This document shows, in pieces, positions 39,069 to 54,098 of a stretch of DNA of 64,000 bases. The number at the start of each line of letters is the position of its first letter. The stretch's first letter is position 1. The notes under the pieces were generated by a model, which was not told the DNA's origin, ran no database searches, and saw only the letters and a list, made by a program, of their open reading frames with translations. The DNA lies in contig OZ176050.1 in NCBI GenBank assembly GCA_964247055.1, positions 620,001 to 684,000 on the forward strand. The letters are read 5' to 3'. Position numbers and translations under genes: made by a program. Source of the stretch: Paragordius varius. Lineage: Eukaryota > Animalia > Nematomorpha.

Positions 39069-41485
39069 ATGGCTACCTAAAATCCAAATTTGATCAGGTG
39101 ATGTCACCATAATTTTTTTTGGGTAGCCCTATGGTAGTTCCATCATCACCCCAAATATTTTCGAGATCGGAGTATAAATGTAATTTTTATGAATTTTTTA
39201 AATATTTAAAAAATTGATTTTATACGATTTTAAAAATAAAAATGGCTACCTAAAATCCAAATTTGATCAGGTGATGTCACCATATTTTTTTTTGGGTAGC
39301 CCTATGGTAGTTCCATCATCACCCCAAATATTGTCGAGATCGGAGTATAAATGTAATTTTTATGAATTTTTTAAATATTTAAAAAATTTATTTTATACGA
39401 TTTTAAAAATAAAAATGGCTACCTAAAATCCAAATTTGATCAGGTGATGTCTCCATAATTTTTTTTGGGTAGCCCTATGGTAGTTCCATCATCACCCCAA
39501 ATATTGTCGAGATCGGAGTATAAATGTAATTTTTATGAATTTTTTAAATATTTAAAAAATTTATTTTATACGATTTTAAAAATAAAAATGGCTACCTAAA
39601 ATCCAAATTTGATCAGGTGATGTCGCCATAATTTTTTTTGGGTAGCCCTATGGTAGTTCCATCATCACCCCAAATATTTTGGGGATCGGACTATAAATGT
39701 AATTTTTATGAATTTTTTAAATATTTAAAAAATTTATTTTATACGATTTTAAAAATAAAAATGGCTACCTAAAATCCAAATTTGATCAGGTGATGTCACT
39801 ATAATTTTTTTGGGTAGCCCTATGGTAGTTCCATCATCACCTCAAATATTTTGGGGATCGGACTATAAATGTAATTTTTATGAATTTTTTAAATATTTAA
39901 AAAATTTATTTTATACGATTTTAAAAATAAAAATGGCTACCTAAAATCCAAATTTGATCAGGTGATGTCACCATAATTTTTTTGGGTAGCCCTATGGTAG
40001 TTCCATCATCACCCCAAATATTTTCGAGATCGGAGTATAAATGTAATTTTTATGAATTTTTAAAATATTTAAAAAATTTATTTTATACGATTTTAAAAAT
40101 AAAAATGGCTACCTAAAATCCAAATTTGATCAGGTGATGTCACTATAATTTTTTTTGGGTAGCCCTATGGTAATTCCATCATCACCCCAAATATTGTCGA
40201 GATCGGAGTATAAATGTAATTTTTTTGAATTTTTTAAATATTTAAAAAATTTATTTTATACAATTTTAAAAATAAAAATGGCTACCTAAAATCCAAATTT
40301 GATCAGGTGATGTCACCATAATTTTTTTTGGGTAGCCCTATGGTAGTTCCATCATCACCCCAAATATTTTCGAGATCGGAGTATAAATGTAATTTTTATG
40401 AATTTTTTAAATATTTAAAAAATTGATTTTATACGATTTTAAAAATAAAAATGGCTACCTAAAATCCAAATTTGATCAGGTGATGTCACCATATTTTTTT
40501 TTGGGTAGCCCTATGGTAGTTCCATCATCACCCCAAATATTGTCGAGATCGGAGTATAAATGTAATTTTTATGAATTTTTTAAATATTTAAAAAATTTAT
40601 TTTATACGATTTTAAAAATAAAAATGGCTACCTAAAATCCAAATTTGATCAGGTGATGTCTCCATAATTTTTTTTGGGTAGCCCTATGGTAGTTCCATCA
40701 TCACCCCAAATATTGTCGAGATCGGAGTATAAATGTAATTTTTATGAATTTTTTAAATATTTAAAAAATTTATTTTATACGATTTTAAAAATAAAAATGG
40801 CTACCTAAAATCCAAATTTGATCAGGTGATGTCGCCATAATTTTTTTTGGGTAGCCCTATGGTAGTTCCATCATCACCCCAAATATTTTGGGGATCGGAC
40901 TATAAATGTAATTTTTATGAATTTTTTAAATATTTAAAAAATTTATTTTATACGATTTTAAAAATAAAAATGGCTACCTAAAATCCAAATTTGATCAGGT
41001 GATGTCACTATAATTTTTTTGGGTAGCCCTATGGTAGTTCCATCATCACCTCAAATATTTTGGGGATCGGACTATAAATGTAATTTTTATGAATTTTTTA
41101 AATATTTAAAAAATTTATTTTATACGATTTTAAAAATAAAAATGGCTACCTAAAATCCAAATTTGATCAGGTGATGTCACCATAATTTTTTTGGGTAGCC
41201 CTATGGTAGTTCCATCATCACCCCAAATATTTTCGAGATCGGAGTATAAATGTAATTTTTATGAATTTTTAAAATATTTAAAAAATTTATTTTATACGAT
41301 TTTAAAAATAAAAATGGCTACCTAAAATCCAAATTTGATCAGGTGATGTGACTATAATTTTTTTGGGTAGCCCTATGGTAGTTCCATCATCACCTCAAAT
41401 ATTTTGGGGATCGGACTATAAATGTAATTTTTATGAATTTTTTAAATATTTAAAAAATTTATTTTATACGATTTTAAAAATAAAA
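39069..41485. repeat. 7-monomer tandem duplication (1209 bp)
   Basis: The series at 39069 (aattgatt; catat 9T; ctcc ttgtcg; cgcc gggg; cact cctc; 7T tttttaaaa) restarts at 40278. It matches the ORF-track offset 39214 to 40423. Confidence 0.85.
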
Positions 41486-44400
41486 ATGGCTACCTAAAAT
41501 CCAAATTTAATCAGGTGATGTCACCATAATTTTTTTTGGGTAGCCCTATGGTAATTCCATCATCACCCCAAATATTGTCGAGATCGGAGTATAAATGTAA
41601 TTTTTTTGAATTTTTTAAATATTTAAAAAATTTATTTTATACGATTTTAAAAATAAAAATGGCTACCTAAAATCAAAATTTGATCAGGTGATGTCGCCAT
41701 AATTTTTTTTGGGTAGCCCTATGGTAGTTCCATCATCACCCCAAATATTTTGGGGATCGGACTATAAATGTAATTTTTATGAATTTTTTAAATATTTAAA
41801 AAATTTATTTTATACGATTTTAAAAATAAAAATGGCTACCTAAAATCCAAATTTGATCTGGTGATGTCTCCATAATTTTTTTTGGGTAGCCCTATGGTAG
41901 TTCCATCATCACCCCAAATATTTTCGAGATCGGAGTATAAATGTAATTTTTATGAATTTTTTAAATATTTAAAAAATTTATTTTATACGATTTTAAAAAT
42001 AAAAATGGCTACCTAAAATCCGAATTTGATCAGGTGATGTCGCCATAATTTTTTTTGGGTAGCCCTAGAGTAGTTCCATCATCACCCCAAATATTTATGA
42101 GATCGGAGTATAAATGTAATTTTTATGAATTTTTTAAATATTTAAAAAATTTATTTTATACGATTTTAAAAATAAAAATGGCTACCTAAAATCCAAATTT
42201 GATCAGGTGATGTCACCATAATTTTTTTTGGGTAGCCCTATGGTAGTTCCATCATCACCCCAAATATTGTCGAGATCGGAGTATAAATGTAATTTTTATG
42301 AATTTTTTAAATATTTAAAAAATTTATTTTATACGATTCTAAAAATAAAAATGGCTACCTAAAATCCAAATTTGATCAGGTGATGTCGCCATAATTTTTT
42401 TTGGGTAGCCCTATGGTAGTTCCATCATCACCCCAAATATTTTGGGGATCGGACTATAAATGTAATTTTTATGAATTTTTTAAATATTTAAAAAATTTAT
42501 TTTATACGATTTTAAAAATAAAAATGGCTACCTAAAATCCGAATTTGATCAGGTGATGTCGCCATAATTTTTTTTGGGTAGCCCTATGGTAATTCCATCA
42601 TCACCCCAAATATTGTCGAGATCGGAGTATAAATGTAATTTTTTTGAATTTTTTAAATATTTAAAAAATTTATTTTATACAATTTTAAAAATAAAAATGG
42701 CTACCTAAAATCCAAATTTGATCAGGTGATGTCACCATAATTTTTTTTGGGTAGCCCTATGGTAGTTCCATCATCACCCCAAATATTTTCGAGATCGGAG
42801 TATAAATGTAATTTTTATGAATTTTTTAAATATTTAAAAAATTGATTTTATACGATTTTAAAAATAAAAATGGCTACCTAAAATCCAAATTTGATCAGGT
42901 GATGTCACCATATTTTTTTTGGGTAGCCCTATGGTAGTTCCATCATCACCCCAAATATTGTCGAGATCGGAGTATAAATGTAATTTTTATGAATTTTTTA
43001 AATATTTAAAAAATTTATTTTATACGATTTTAAAAATAAAAATGGCTACCTAAAATCCGAATTTGATCAGGTGATGTCGCCATAATTTTTTTTGGGTAGC
43101 CCTATGGTAATTCCATCATCACCCCAAATATTTTCGAGATCGGAGTATAAATGTAATTTTTTTGAATTTTTTAAATATTTAAAAAATTTATTTTATACGA
43201 TTTTAAAAATAAAAATGGCTCCCTAAAATCCAAATTTGATCAGGTGATGTCACCATAATTTTTTTTGGGTAGCCCTATGGTAGTTCCATCATCACCCCAA
43301 ATATTTTGGGGATCGGACTATAAATGTAATTTTTATGAATTTTTTAAATATTTAAAAAATTTATTTTATACAATTTTAAAAATAAAAATGGCTACCTAAA
43401 ATCCAAATTTGATCAGGTGATGTCACCATAATTTTTTTTGGGTAGCCCTATGGTAGTTCCATCATCACCCCAAATATTGTCGAGATCGGAGTATAAATGT
43501 AATTTTTATGAATTTTTTAAATATTTAAAAAATTTATTTTATACGATTCTAAAAATAAAAATGGCTACCTAAAATCCAAATTTGATCAGGTGATGTCGCC
43601 ATAATTTTTTTTGGGTAGCCCTATGGTAGTTCCATCATCAAACCCAAATATTTTGGGGATCGGACTATAAATGTAATTTTTATGAATTTTTTAAATATTT
43701 AAAAAATTTATTTTATACGATTTTAAAAATAAAAATGGCTCCCTAAAATCCAAATTTGATCAGGTGATGTCACCATAATTTTTTTTGGGTAGCCCTATGG
43801 TAGTTCCATCATCACCCCAAATATTTTGGGGATCGGACTAAAAATGTAATTTTTATGAATTTTTTAAATATTTAAAAAATTTATTTTATACGATTTTAAA
43901 AATAAAAATGGCTACCTAAAATCCAAATTTGATCAGGTGATGTCTCCATAATTTTTTTTGGGTAGCCCTATGGTAGTTCCATCATCACCCCAAATATTTT
44001 CGAGATCGGAGTATAAATGTAATTTTTATGAATTTTTTAAATATTTAAAAAATTTATTTTATACGATTTTAAAAATAAAAATGGCTACCTAAAATCCAAA
44101 TTTGATCAGGTGATGTCACTATAATTTTTTTTGGGTAGCCCTATGGTAATTCCATCATCACCCCAAATATTGTCGAGATCGGAGTATAAATGTAATTTTT
44201 TTGAATTTTTTAAATATTTAAAAAATTTATTTTATACAATTTTAAAAATAAAAATGGCTACCTAAAATCCAAATTTGATCAGGTGATGTCACCATAATTT
44301 TTTTTGGGTAGCCCTATGGTAGTTCCATCATCACCCCAAATATTTTCGAGATCGGAGTATAAATGTAATTTTTATGAATTTTTTAAATATTTAAAAAATT

Positions 44401-47400
44401 GATTTTATACGATTTTAAAAATAAAAATGGCTACCTAAAATCCAAATTTGATCAGGTGATGTCACCATATTTTTTTTTGGGTAGCCCTATGGTAGTTCCA
44501 TCATCACCCCAAATATTGTCGAGATCGGAGTATAAATGTAATTTTTATGAATTTTTTAAATATTTAAAAAATTTATTTTATACGATTTTAAAAATAAAAA
44601 TGGCTACCTAAAATCCAAATTTGATCAGGTGATGTCTCCATAATTTTTTTTGGGTAGCCCTATGGTAGTTCCATCATCACCCCAAATATTGTCGAGATCG
44701 GAGTATAAATGTAATTTTTATGAATTTTTTAAATATTTAAAAAATTTATTTTATACGATTTTAAAAATAAAAATGGCTACCTAAAATCCAAATTTGATCA
44801 GGTGATGTCGCCATAATTTTTTTTGGGTAGCCCTATGGTAGTTCCATCATCACCCCAAATATTTTGGGGATCGGACTATAAATGTAATTTTTATGAATTT
44901 TTTAAATATTTAAAAAATTTATTTTATACGATTTTAAAAATAAAAATGGCTACCTAAAATCCAAATTTGATCAGGTGATGTCACTATAATTTTTTTGGGT
45001 AGCCCTATGGTAGTTCCATCATCACCTCAAATATTTTGGGGATCGGACTATAAATGTAATTTTTATGAATTTTTTAAATATTTAAAAAATTTATTTTATA
45101 CGATTTTAAAAATAAAAATGGCTACCTAAAATCCAAATTTGATCAGGTGATGTCACCATAATTTTTTTGGGTAGCCCTATGGTAGTTCCATCATCACCCC
45201 AAATATTTTCGAGATCGGAGTATAAATGTAATTTTTATGAATTTTTAAAATATTTAAAAAATTTATTTTATACGATTTTAAAAATAAAAATGGCTACCTA
45301 AAATCCAAATTTGATCAGGTGATGTGACTATAATTTTTTTGGGTAGCCCTATGGTAGTTCCATCATCACCTCAAATATTTTGGGGATCGGACTATAAATG
45401 TAATTTTTATGAATTTTTTAAATATTTAAAAAATTTATTTTATACGATTTTAAAAATAAAAATGGCTACCTAAAATCCAAATTTAATCAGGTGATGTCAC
45501 CATAATTTTTTTTGGGTAGCCCTATGGTAATTCCATCATCACCCCAAATATTGTCGAGATCGGAGTATAAATGTAATTTTTTTGAATTTTTTAAATATTT
45601 AAAAAATTTATTTTATACGATTTTAAAAATAAAAATGGCTACCTAAAATCAAAATTTGATCAGGTGATGTCGCCATAATTTTTTTTGGGTAGCCCTATGG
45701 TAGTTCCATCATCACCCCAAATATTTTGGGGATCGGACTATAAATGTAATTTTTATGAATTTTTTAAATATTTAAAAAATTTATTTTATTAGATTTTAAA
45801 AATAAAAATGGCTACCTAAAATCCAAATTTGATCAGGTGATGTCTCCATAATTTTTTTTGGGTAGCCCTATGGTAGTTCCATCATCACCCCAAATATTTT
45901 CGAGATCGGAGTATAAATGTAATTTTTATGAATTTTTTAAATATTTAAAAAATTTATTTTATACGATTTTAAAAATAAAAATGGCTACCTAAAATCCGAA
46001 TTTGATCAGGTGATGTCGCCATAATTTTTTTTGGGTAGCCCTAGAGTAGTTCCATCATCACCCCAAATATTTATGAGATCGGAGTATAAATGTAATTTTT
46101 ATGAATTTTTTAAATATTTAAAAAATTTATTTTATACGATTTTAAAAATAAAAATGGCTACCTAAAATCCAAATTTGATCAGGTGATGTCACCATAATTT
46201 TTTTTGGGTAGCCCTATGGTAGTTCCATCATCACCCCAAATATTGTCGAGATCGGAGTATAAATGTAATTTTTATGAATTTTTTAAATATTTAAAAAATT
46301 TATTTTATACGATTCTAAAAATAAAAATGGCTACCTAAAATCCAAATTTGATCAGGTGATGTCGCCATAATTTTTTTTGGGTAGCCCTATGGTAGTTCCA
46401 TCATCACCCCAAATATTTTGGGGATCGGACTATAAATGTAATTTTTATGAATTTTTTAAATATTTAAAAAATTTATTTTATACGATTTTAAAAATAAAAA
46501 TGGCTACCTAAAATCCGAATTTGATCAGGTGATGTCGCCATAATTTTTTTTGGGTAGCCCTATGGTAATTCCATCATCACCCCAAATATTGTCGAGATCG
46601 GAGTATAAATGTAATTTTTTTGAATTTTTTAAATATTTAAAAAATTTATTTTATACAATTTTAAAAATAAAAATGGCTACCTAAAATCCAAATTTGATCA
46701 GGTGATGTCACCATAATTTTTTTTGGGTAGCCCTATGGTAGTTCCATCATCACCCCAAATATTTTCGAGATCGGAGTATAAATGTAATTTTTATGAATTT
46801 TTTAAATATTTAAAAAATTGATTTTATACGATTTTAAAAATAAAAATGGCTACCTAAAATCCAAATTTGATCAGGTGATGTCACCATATTTTTTTTGGGT
46901 AGCCCTATGGTAGTTCCATCATCACCCCAAATATTGTCGAGATCGGAGTATAAATGTAATTTTTATGAATTTTTTAAATATTTAAAAAATTTATTTTATA
47001 CGATTTTAAAAATAAAAATGGCTACCTAAAATCCGAATTTGATAAGGTGATGTCGCCATAATTTTTTTTGGGTAGCCCTATGGTAATTCCATCATCACCC
47101 CAAATATTGTCGAGATCGGAGTATAAATGTAATTTTTATGAATTTTTTAAATATTTAAAAAATTTATTTTATACGATTTTAAAAATAAAAATGGCTACCT
47201 AAAATCCGAATTTGATAAGGTGATGTCGCCATAATTTTTTTTGGGTAGCCCTATGGTAATTCCATCATCACCCCAAATATTGTCGAGATCGGAGTATAAA
47301 TGTAATTTTTTTGAATTTTTTAAATATTTAAAAAATTTATTTTATACAATTTTAAAAATAAAAATGGCTACCTAAAATCCAAATTTGATCAGGTGATGTC

Positions 47401-49779
47401 ACCATAATTTTTTTTGCGTAGCCCTATGGTAGTTCCATCATCACCCCAAATATTTTCGAGATCGGAGTATAAATGTAATTTTTATGAATTTTTTAAATAT
47501 TTAAAAAATTGATTTTATACGATTTTAAAAATAAAAATGGCTACCTAAAATCCAAATTTGATCAGGTGATGTCACCATATTTTTTTTGGGTAGCCCTATG
47601 GTAGTTCCATCATCACCCCAAATATTGTCGAGATCGGAGTATAAATGTAATTTTTATGAATTTTTTAAATATTTAAAAAATTTATTTTATACGATTTTAA
47701 AAATAAAAATGGCTACCTAAAATCCAAATTTGATCAGGTGATGTCACCATAATTTTTTTTGGGTAGCCCTATGGTAGTTCCATCATCACCCCAAATATTG
47801 TCGAGATCGGAGTATAAATGTAATTTTTATGAATTTTTTAAATATTTAAAAAATTTATTTTATACGATTCTAAAAATAAAAATGGCTACCTAAAATCCAA
47901 ATTTGATCAGGTGATGTCGCCATAATTTTTTTTGGGTAGCCCTATGGTAGTTCCATCATCACCCCAAATATTTTGGGGATCGGACTATAAATGTAATTTT
48001 TATGAATTTTTTAAATATTTAAAAAATTTATTTTATACGATTTTAAAAATAAAAATGGCTACCTAAAATCCAAATTTGATCAGGTGATGTCACCATAATT
48101 TTTTTTGGGTAGCCCTATGGTAATTCCATCATCACCCCAAATATTGTCGAGATCGGAGTATAAATGTAATTTTTTTGAATTTTTTAAATATTTAAAAAAT
48201 TTATTTTATACAATTTTAAAAATAAAAATGGCTACCTAAAATCCAAATTTGATCAGGTGATGTCACCATAATTTTTTTTGGGTAGCCCTATGGTAGTTCC
48301 ATCATCACCCCAAATATTTTCGAGATCGGAGTATAATGTAATTTTTATGATTTTTTTAAATATTTAAAAAATTGATTTTATACGATTTTAAAAATAAAAA
48401 TGGCTACCTAAAATCCAAATTTGATCAGGTGATGTCTCCATAATTTTTTTTGGGTAGCCCTATGGTAGTTCCATCATCACCCCAAATATTGTCGAGATCG
48501 GAGTATAAATGTAATTTTTATGAATTTTTTAAATATTTAAAAAATTTATTTTATACGATTCTAAAAATAAAAATGGCTACCTAAAATCCAAATTTGATCA
48601 GGTGATGTCGCCATAATTTTTTTGGGTAGCCCTATGGTAGTTCCATCATCACCCCAAATATTTTGGGGATCGGACTATAAATGTAATTTTTATGAATTTT
48701 TTAAATATTTAAAAAATTTATTTTATACGATTTTAAAAATAAAAATGGCTACCTAAAATCCAAATTTGATCAGGTGATGTCACTATAATTTTTTTGGGTA
48801 GCCCTATGGTAGTTCCATCATCACCTCAAATATTTTGGGGATCGGACTATAAATGTAATTTTTATGAATTTTTTAAATATTTAAAAAATTTATTTTATAC
48901 GATTTTAAAAATAAAAATGGCTACCTAAAATCCAAATTTGATCAGGTGATGTCACCATAATTTTTTTGGGTAGCCCTATGGTAGTTCCATCATCACCCCA
49001 AATATTTTCGAGATCGGAGTATAAATGTAATTTTTATGAATTTTTAAAATATTTAAAAAATTTATTTTATACGATTTTAAAAATAAAAATGGCTACCTAA
49101 AATCCAAATTTGATCAGGTGATGTCACTATAATTTTTTTGGGTAGCCCTATGGTAGTTCCATCATCACCTCAAATATTTTGGGGATCGGACTATAAATGT
49201 AATTTTTATGAATTTTTTAAATATTTAAAAAATTTATTTTATACGATTTTAAAAATAAAAATGGCTACCTAAAATCCAAATTTAATCAGGTGATGTCACC
49301 ATAATTTTTTTTGGGTAGCCCTATGGTAATTCCATCATCACCCCAAATATTGTCGAGATCGGAGTATAAATGTAATTTTTTTGAATTTTTTAAATATTTA
49401 AAAAATTTATTTTATACGATTTTAAAAATAAAAATGGCTACCTAAAATCAAAATTTGATCAGGTGATGTCGCCATAATTTTTTTTGGGTAGCCCTATGGT
49501 AGTTCCATCATCACCCCAAATATTTTGGGGATCGGACTATAAATGTAATTTTTATGAATTTTTTAAATATTTAAAAAATTTATTTTATACGATTTTAAAA
49601 ATAAAAATGGCTACCTAAAATCCAAATTTGATCAGGTGATGTCTCCATAATTTTTTTTGGGTAGCCCTATGGTAGTTCCATCATCACCCCAAATATTTTC
49701 GAGATCGGAGTATAAATGTAATTTTTATGAATTTTTTAAATATTTAAAAAATTTATTTTATACGATTTTAAAAATAAAA

Positions 49780-51509
49780 ATGGCTACCTAAAATCCGAAT
49801 TTGATCAGGTGATGTCGCCATAATTTTTTTTGGGTAGCCCTAGAGTAGTTCCATCATCACCCCAAATATTTTTGAGATCGGAGTATAAATGTAATTTTTA
49901 TGAATTTTTTAAATATTTAAAAAATTTATTTTATACGATTTTAAAAATAAAAATGGCTACCTAAAATCCAAATTTGATCAGGTGATGTCACCATAATTTT
50001 TTTTGGGTAGCCCTATGGTAGTTCCATCATCACCCCAAATATTGTCGAGATCGGAGTATAAATGTAATTTTTATGAATTTTTTAAATATTTAAAAAATTT
50101 ATTTTATACGATTCTAAAAATAAAAATGGCTACCTAAAATCCAAATTTGATCAGGTGATGTCGCCATAATTTTTTTTGGGTAGCCCTATGGTAATTCCAT
50201 CATCACCCCAAATATTTTGGGGATCGGACTATAAATGTAATTTTTATGAATTTTTTAAATATTTAAAAAATTTATTTTATACGATTTTAAAAATAAAAAT
50301 GGCTACCTAAAATCCAAATTTGATCAGGTGATGTCACCATAATTTTTTTTGGGTAGCCCTATGGTAGTTCCATCATCACCCCAAATATTTTGGGGATCGG
50401 ACTATAAATGTAATTTTTATGAATTTTTTAAATATTTAAAAAATTTATTTTATACAATTTTAAAAATAAAAATGGCTACCTAAAATCCAAATTTGATCAG
50501 GTGATGTCACCATAATTTTTTTTGGGTAGCCCTATGGTAGTTCCATCATCACCCCAAATATTTTCGAGATCGGAGTATAAATGTAATTTTTATGAATTTT
50601 TTAAATATTTAAAAAATTTATTTTATACGATTTTAAAAATAAAAATGGCTACCTAAAATCCGAATTTGATCAGGTGATGTCGCCATAATTTTTTTTGGGT
50701 AGCCCTAGAGTAGTTCCATCATCACCCCAAATATTTTTGAGATCGGAGTATAAATGTAATTTTTATGAATTTTTTAAATATTTAAAAAATTTATTTTATA
50801 CGATTTTAAAAATAAAAATGGCTACCTAAAATCCAAATTTGATCAGGTGATGTCACCATAATTTTTTTTGGGTAGCCCTATGGTAGTTCCATCATCACCC
50901 CAAATATTGTCGAGATCGGAGTATAAATGTAATTTTTATGAATTTTTTAAATATTTAAAAAATTTATTTTATACGATTCTAAAAATAAAAATGGCTACCT
51001 AAAATCCAAATTTGATCAGGTGATGTCGCCATAATTTTTTTTGGGTAGCCCTATGGTAATTCCATCATCACCCCAAATATTTTGGGGATCGGACTATAAA
51101 TGTAATTTTTATGAATTTTTTAAATATTTAAAAAATTTATTTTATACGATTTTAAAAATAAAAATGGCTACCTAAAATCCAAATTTGATCAGGTGATGTC
51201 ACCATAATTTTTTTTGGGTAGCCCTATGGTAGTTCCATCATCACCCCAAATATTTTGGGGATCGGACTATAAATGTAATTTTTATGAATTTTTTAAATAT
51301 TTAAAAAATTTATTTTATACGATTTTAAAAATAAAAATGGCTACCTAAAATCCAAATTTGATCAGGTGATGTCTCCATAATTTTTTTTGGGTAGCCCTAT
51401 GGTAGTTCCATCATCACCCCAAATATTTTCGAGATCGGAGTATAAATGTAATTTTTATGAATTTTTTAAATATTTAAAAAATTTATTTTATACGATTTTA
51501 AAAATAAAA
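49780..51509. repeat. 5-monomer tandem duplication (865 bp)
   Basis: tccga/tagag/tttttgaga monomer at 49780 and 50645, each followed by gattct, cgcc+taatt+gggg and cacc+gggg monomers. Confidence 0.83.
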
Positions 51510-52374
51510 ATGGCTACCTAAAATCCAAATTTGATCAGGTGATGTCACTATAATTTTTTTTGGGTAGCCCTATGGTAATTCCATCATCACCCCAAATATT
51601 GTCGAGATCGGAGTATAAATGTAATATTTTTGAATTTTTTAAATATTTAAAAAATTTATTTTATACAATTTTAAAAATAAAAATGGCTACCTAAAATCCA
51701 AATTTGATCAGGTGATGTCACCATAATTTTTTTTGGGTAGCCCTATGGTAGTTCCATCATCACCCCAAATATTTTCGAGATCGGAGTATAAATGTAATTT
51801 TTATGAATTTTTTAAATATTTAAAAAATTGATTTTATACGATTTTAAAAATAAAAATGGCTACCTAAAATCCAAATTTGATCAGGTGATGTCACCATATT
51901 TTTTTTTGGGTAGCCCTATGGTAGTTCCATCATCACCCCAAATATTGTCGAGATCGGAGTATAAATGTAATTTTTATGAATTTTTTAAATATTTAAAAAA
52001 TTTATTTTATACGATTTTAAAAATAAAAATGGCTACCTAAAATCCAAATTTGATCAGGTGATGTCTCCATAATTTTTTTTGGGTAGCCCTATGGTAGTTC
52101 CATCATCACCCCAAATATTGTCGAGATCGGAGTATAAATGTAATTTTTATGAATTTTTTAAATATTTAAAAAATTTATTTTATACGATTTTAAAAATAAA
52201 AATGGCTACCTAAAATCCAAATTTGATCAGGTGATGTCGCCATAATTTTTTTTGGGTAGCCCTATGGTAGTTCCATCATCACCCCAAATATTTTGGGGAT
52301 CGGACTATAAATGTAATTTTTATGAATTTTTTAAATATTTAAAAAATTTATTTTATACGATTTTAAAAATAAAA

Positions 52375-54098
52375 ATGGCTACCTAAAATCCAAATTTGAT
52401 CAGGTGATGTCACTATAATTTTTTTGGGTAGCCCTATGGTAGTTCCATCATCACCTCAAATATTTTGGGGATCGGACTATAAATGTAATTTTTATGAATT
52501 TTTTAAATATTTAAAAAATTTATTTTATACGATTTTAAAAATAAAAATGGCTACCTAAAATCCAAATTTGATCAGGTGATGTCACCATAATTTTTTTGGG
52601 TAGCCCTATGGTAGTTCCATCATCACCCCAAATATTTTCGAGATCGGAGTATAAATGTAATTTTTATGAATTTTTAAAATATTTAAAAAATTTATTTTAT
52701 ACGATTTTAAAAATAAAAATGGCTACCTAAAATCCAAATTTGATCAGGTGATGTCACTATAATTTTTTTGGGTAGCCCTATGGTAGTTCCATCATCACCT
52801 CAAATATTTTGGGGATCGGACTATAAATGTAATTTTTATGAATTTTTTAAATATTTAAAAAATTTATTTTATACGATTTTAAAAATAAAAATGGCTACCT
52901 AAAATCCAAATTTAATCAGGTGATGTCACCATAATTTTTTTTGGGTAGCCCTATGGTAATTCCATCATCACCCCAAATATTGTCGAGATCGGAGTATAAA
53001 TGTAATTTTTTTGAATTTTTTAAATATTTAAAAAATTTATTTTATACGATTTTAAAAATAAAAATGGCTACCTAAAATCAAAATTTGATCAGGTGATGTC
53101 GCCATAATTTTTTTTGGGTAGCCCTATGGTAGTTCCATCATCACCCCAAATATTTTGGGGATCGGACTATAAATGTAATTTTTATGAATTTTTTAAATAT
53201 TTAAAAAATTTATTTTATACGATTTTAAAAATAAAAATGGCTACCTAAAATCCAAATTTGATCAGGTGATGTCACTATAATTTTTTTGGGTAGCCCTATG
53301 GTAGTTCCATCATCACCTCAAATATTTTGGGGATCGGACTATAAATGTAATTTTTATGAATTTTTTAAATATTTAAAAAATTTATTTTATACGATTTTAA
53401 AAATAAAAATGGCTACCTAAAATCCAAATTTGATCAGGTGATGTCACCATAATTTTTTTGGGTAGCCCTATGGTAGTTCCATCATCACCCCAAATATTTT
53501 CGAGATCGGAGTATAAATGTAATTTTTATGAATTTTTAAAATATTTAAAAAATTTATTTTATACGATTTTAAAAATAAAAATGGCTACCTAAAATCCAAA
53601 TTTGATCAGGTGATGTCACTATAATTTTTTTGGGTAGCCCTATGGTAGTTCCATCATCACCTCAAATATTTTGGGGATCGGACTATAAATGTAATTTTTA
53701 TGAATTTTTTAAATATTTAAAAAATTTATTTTATACGATTTTAAAAATAAAAATGGCTACCTAAAATCCAAATTTAATCAGGTGATGTCACCATAATTTT
53801 TTTTGGGTAGCCCTATGGTAATTCCATCATCACCCCAAATATTGTCGAGATCGGAGTATAAATGTAATTTTTTTGAATTTTTTAAATATTTAAAAAATTT
53901 ATTTTATACGATTTTAAAAATAAAAATGGCTACCTAAAATCAAAATTTGATCAGGTGATGTCGCCATAATTTTTTTTGGGTAGCCCTATGGTAGTTCCAT
54001 CATCACCCCAAATATTTTGGGGATCGGACTATAAATGTAATTTTTATGAATTTTTTAAATATTTAAAAAATTTATTTTATACGATTTTAAAAATAAAA
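52375..54098. repeat. 5-monomer tandem duplication (862 bp)
   Basis: cact/cctc, 7T tttttaaaa, cact/cctc, tttaatc, caaaa/cgcc series at 52375, repeated at 53237. Confidence 0.85.
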
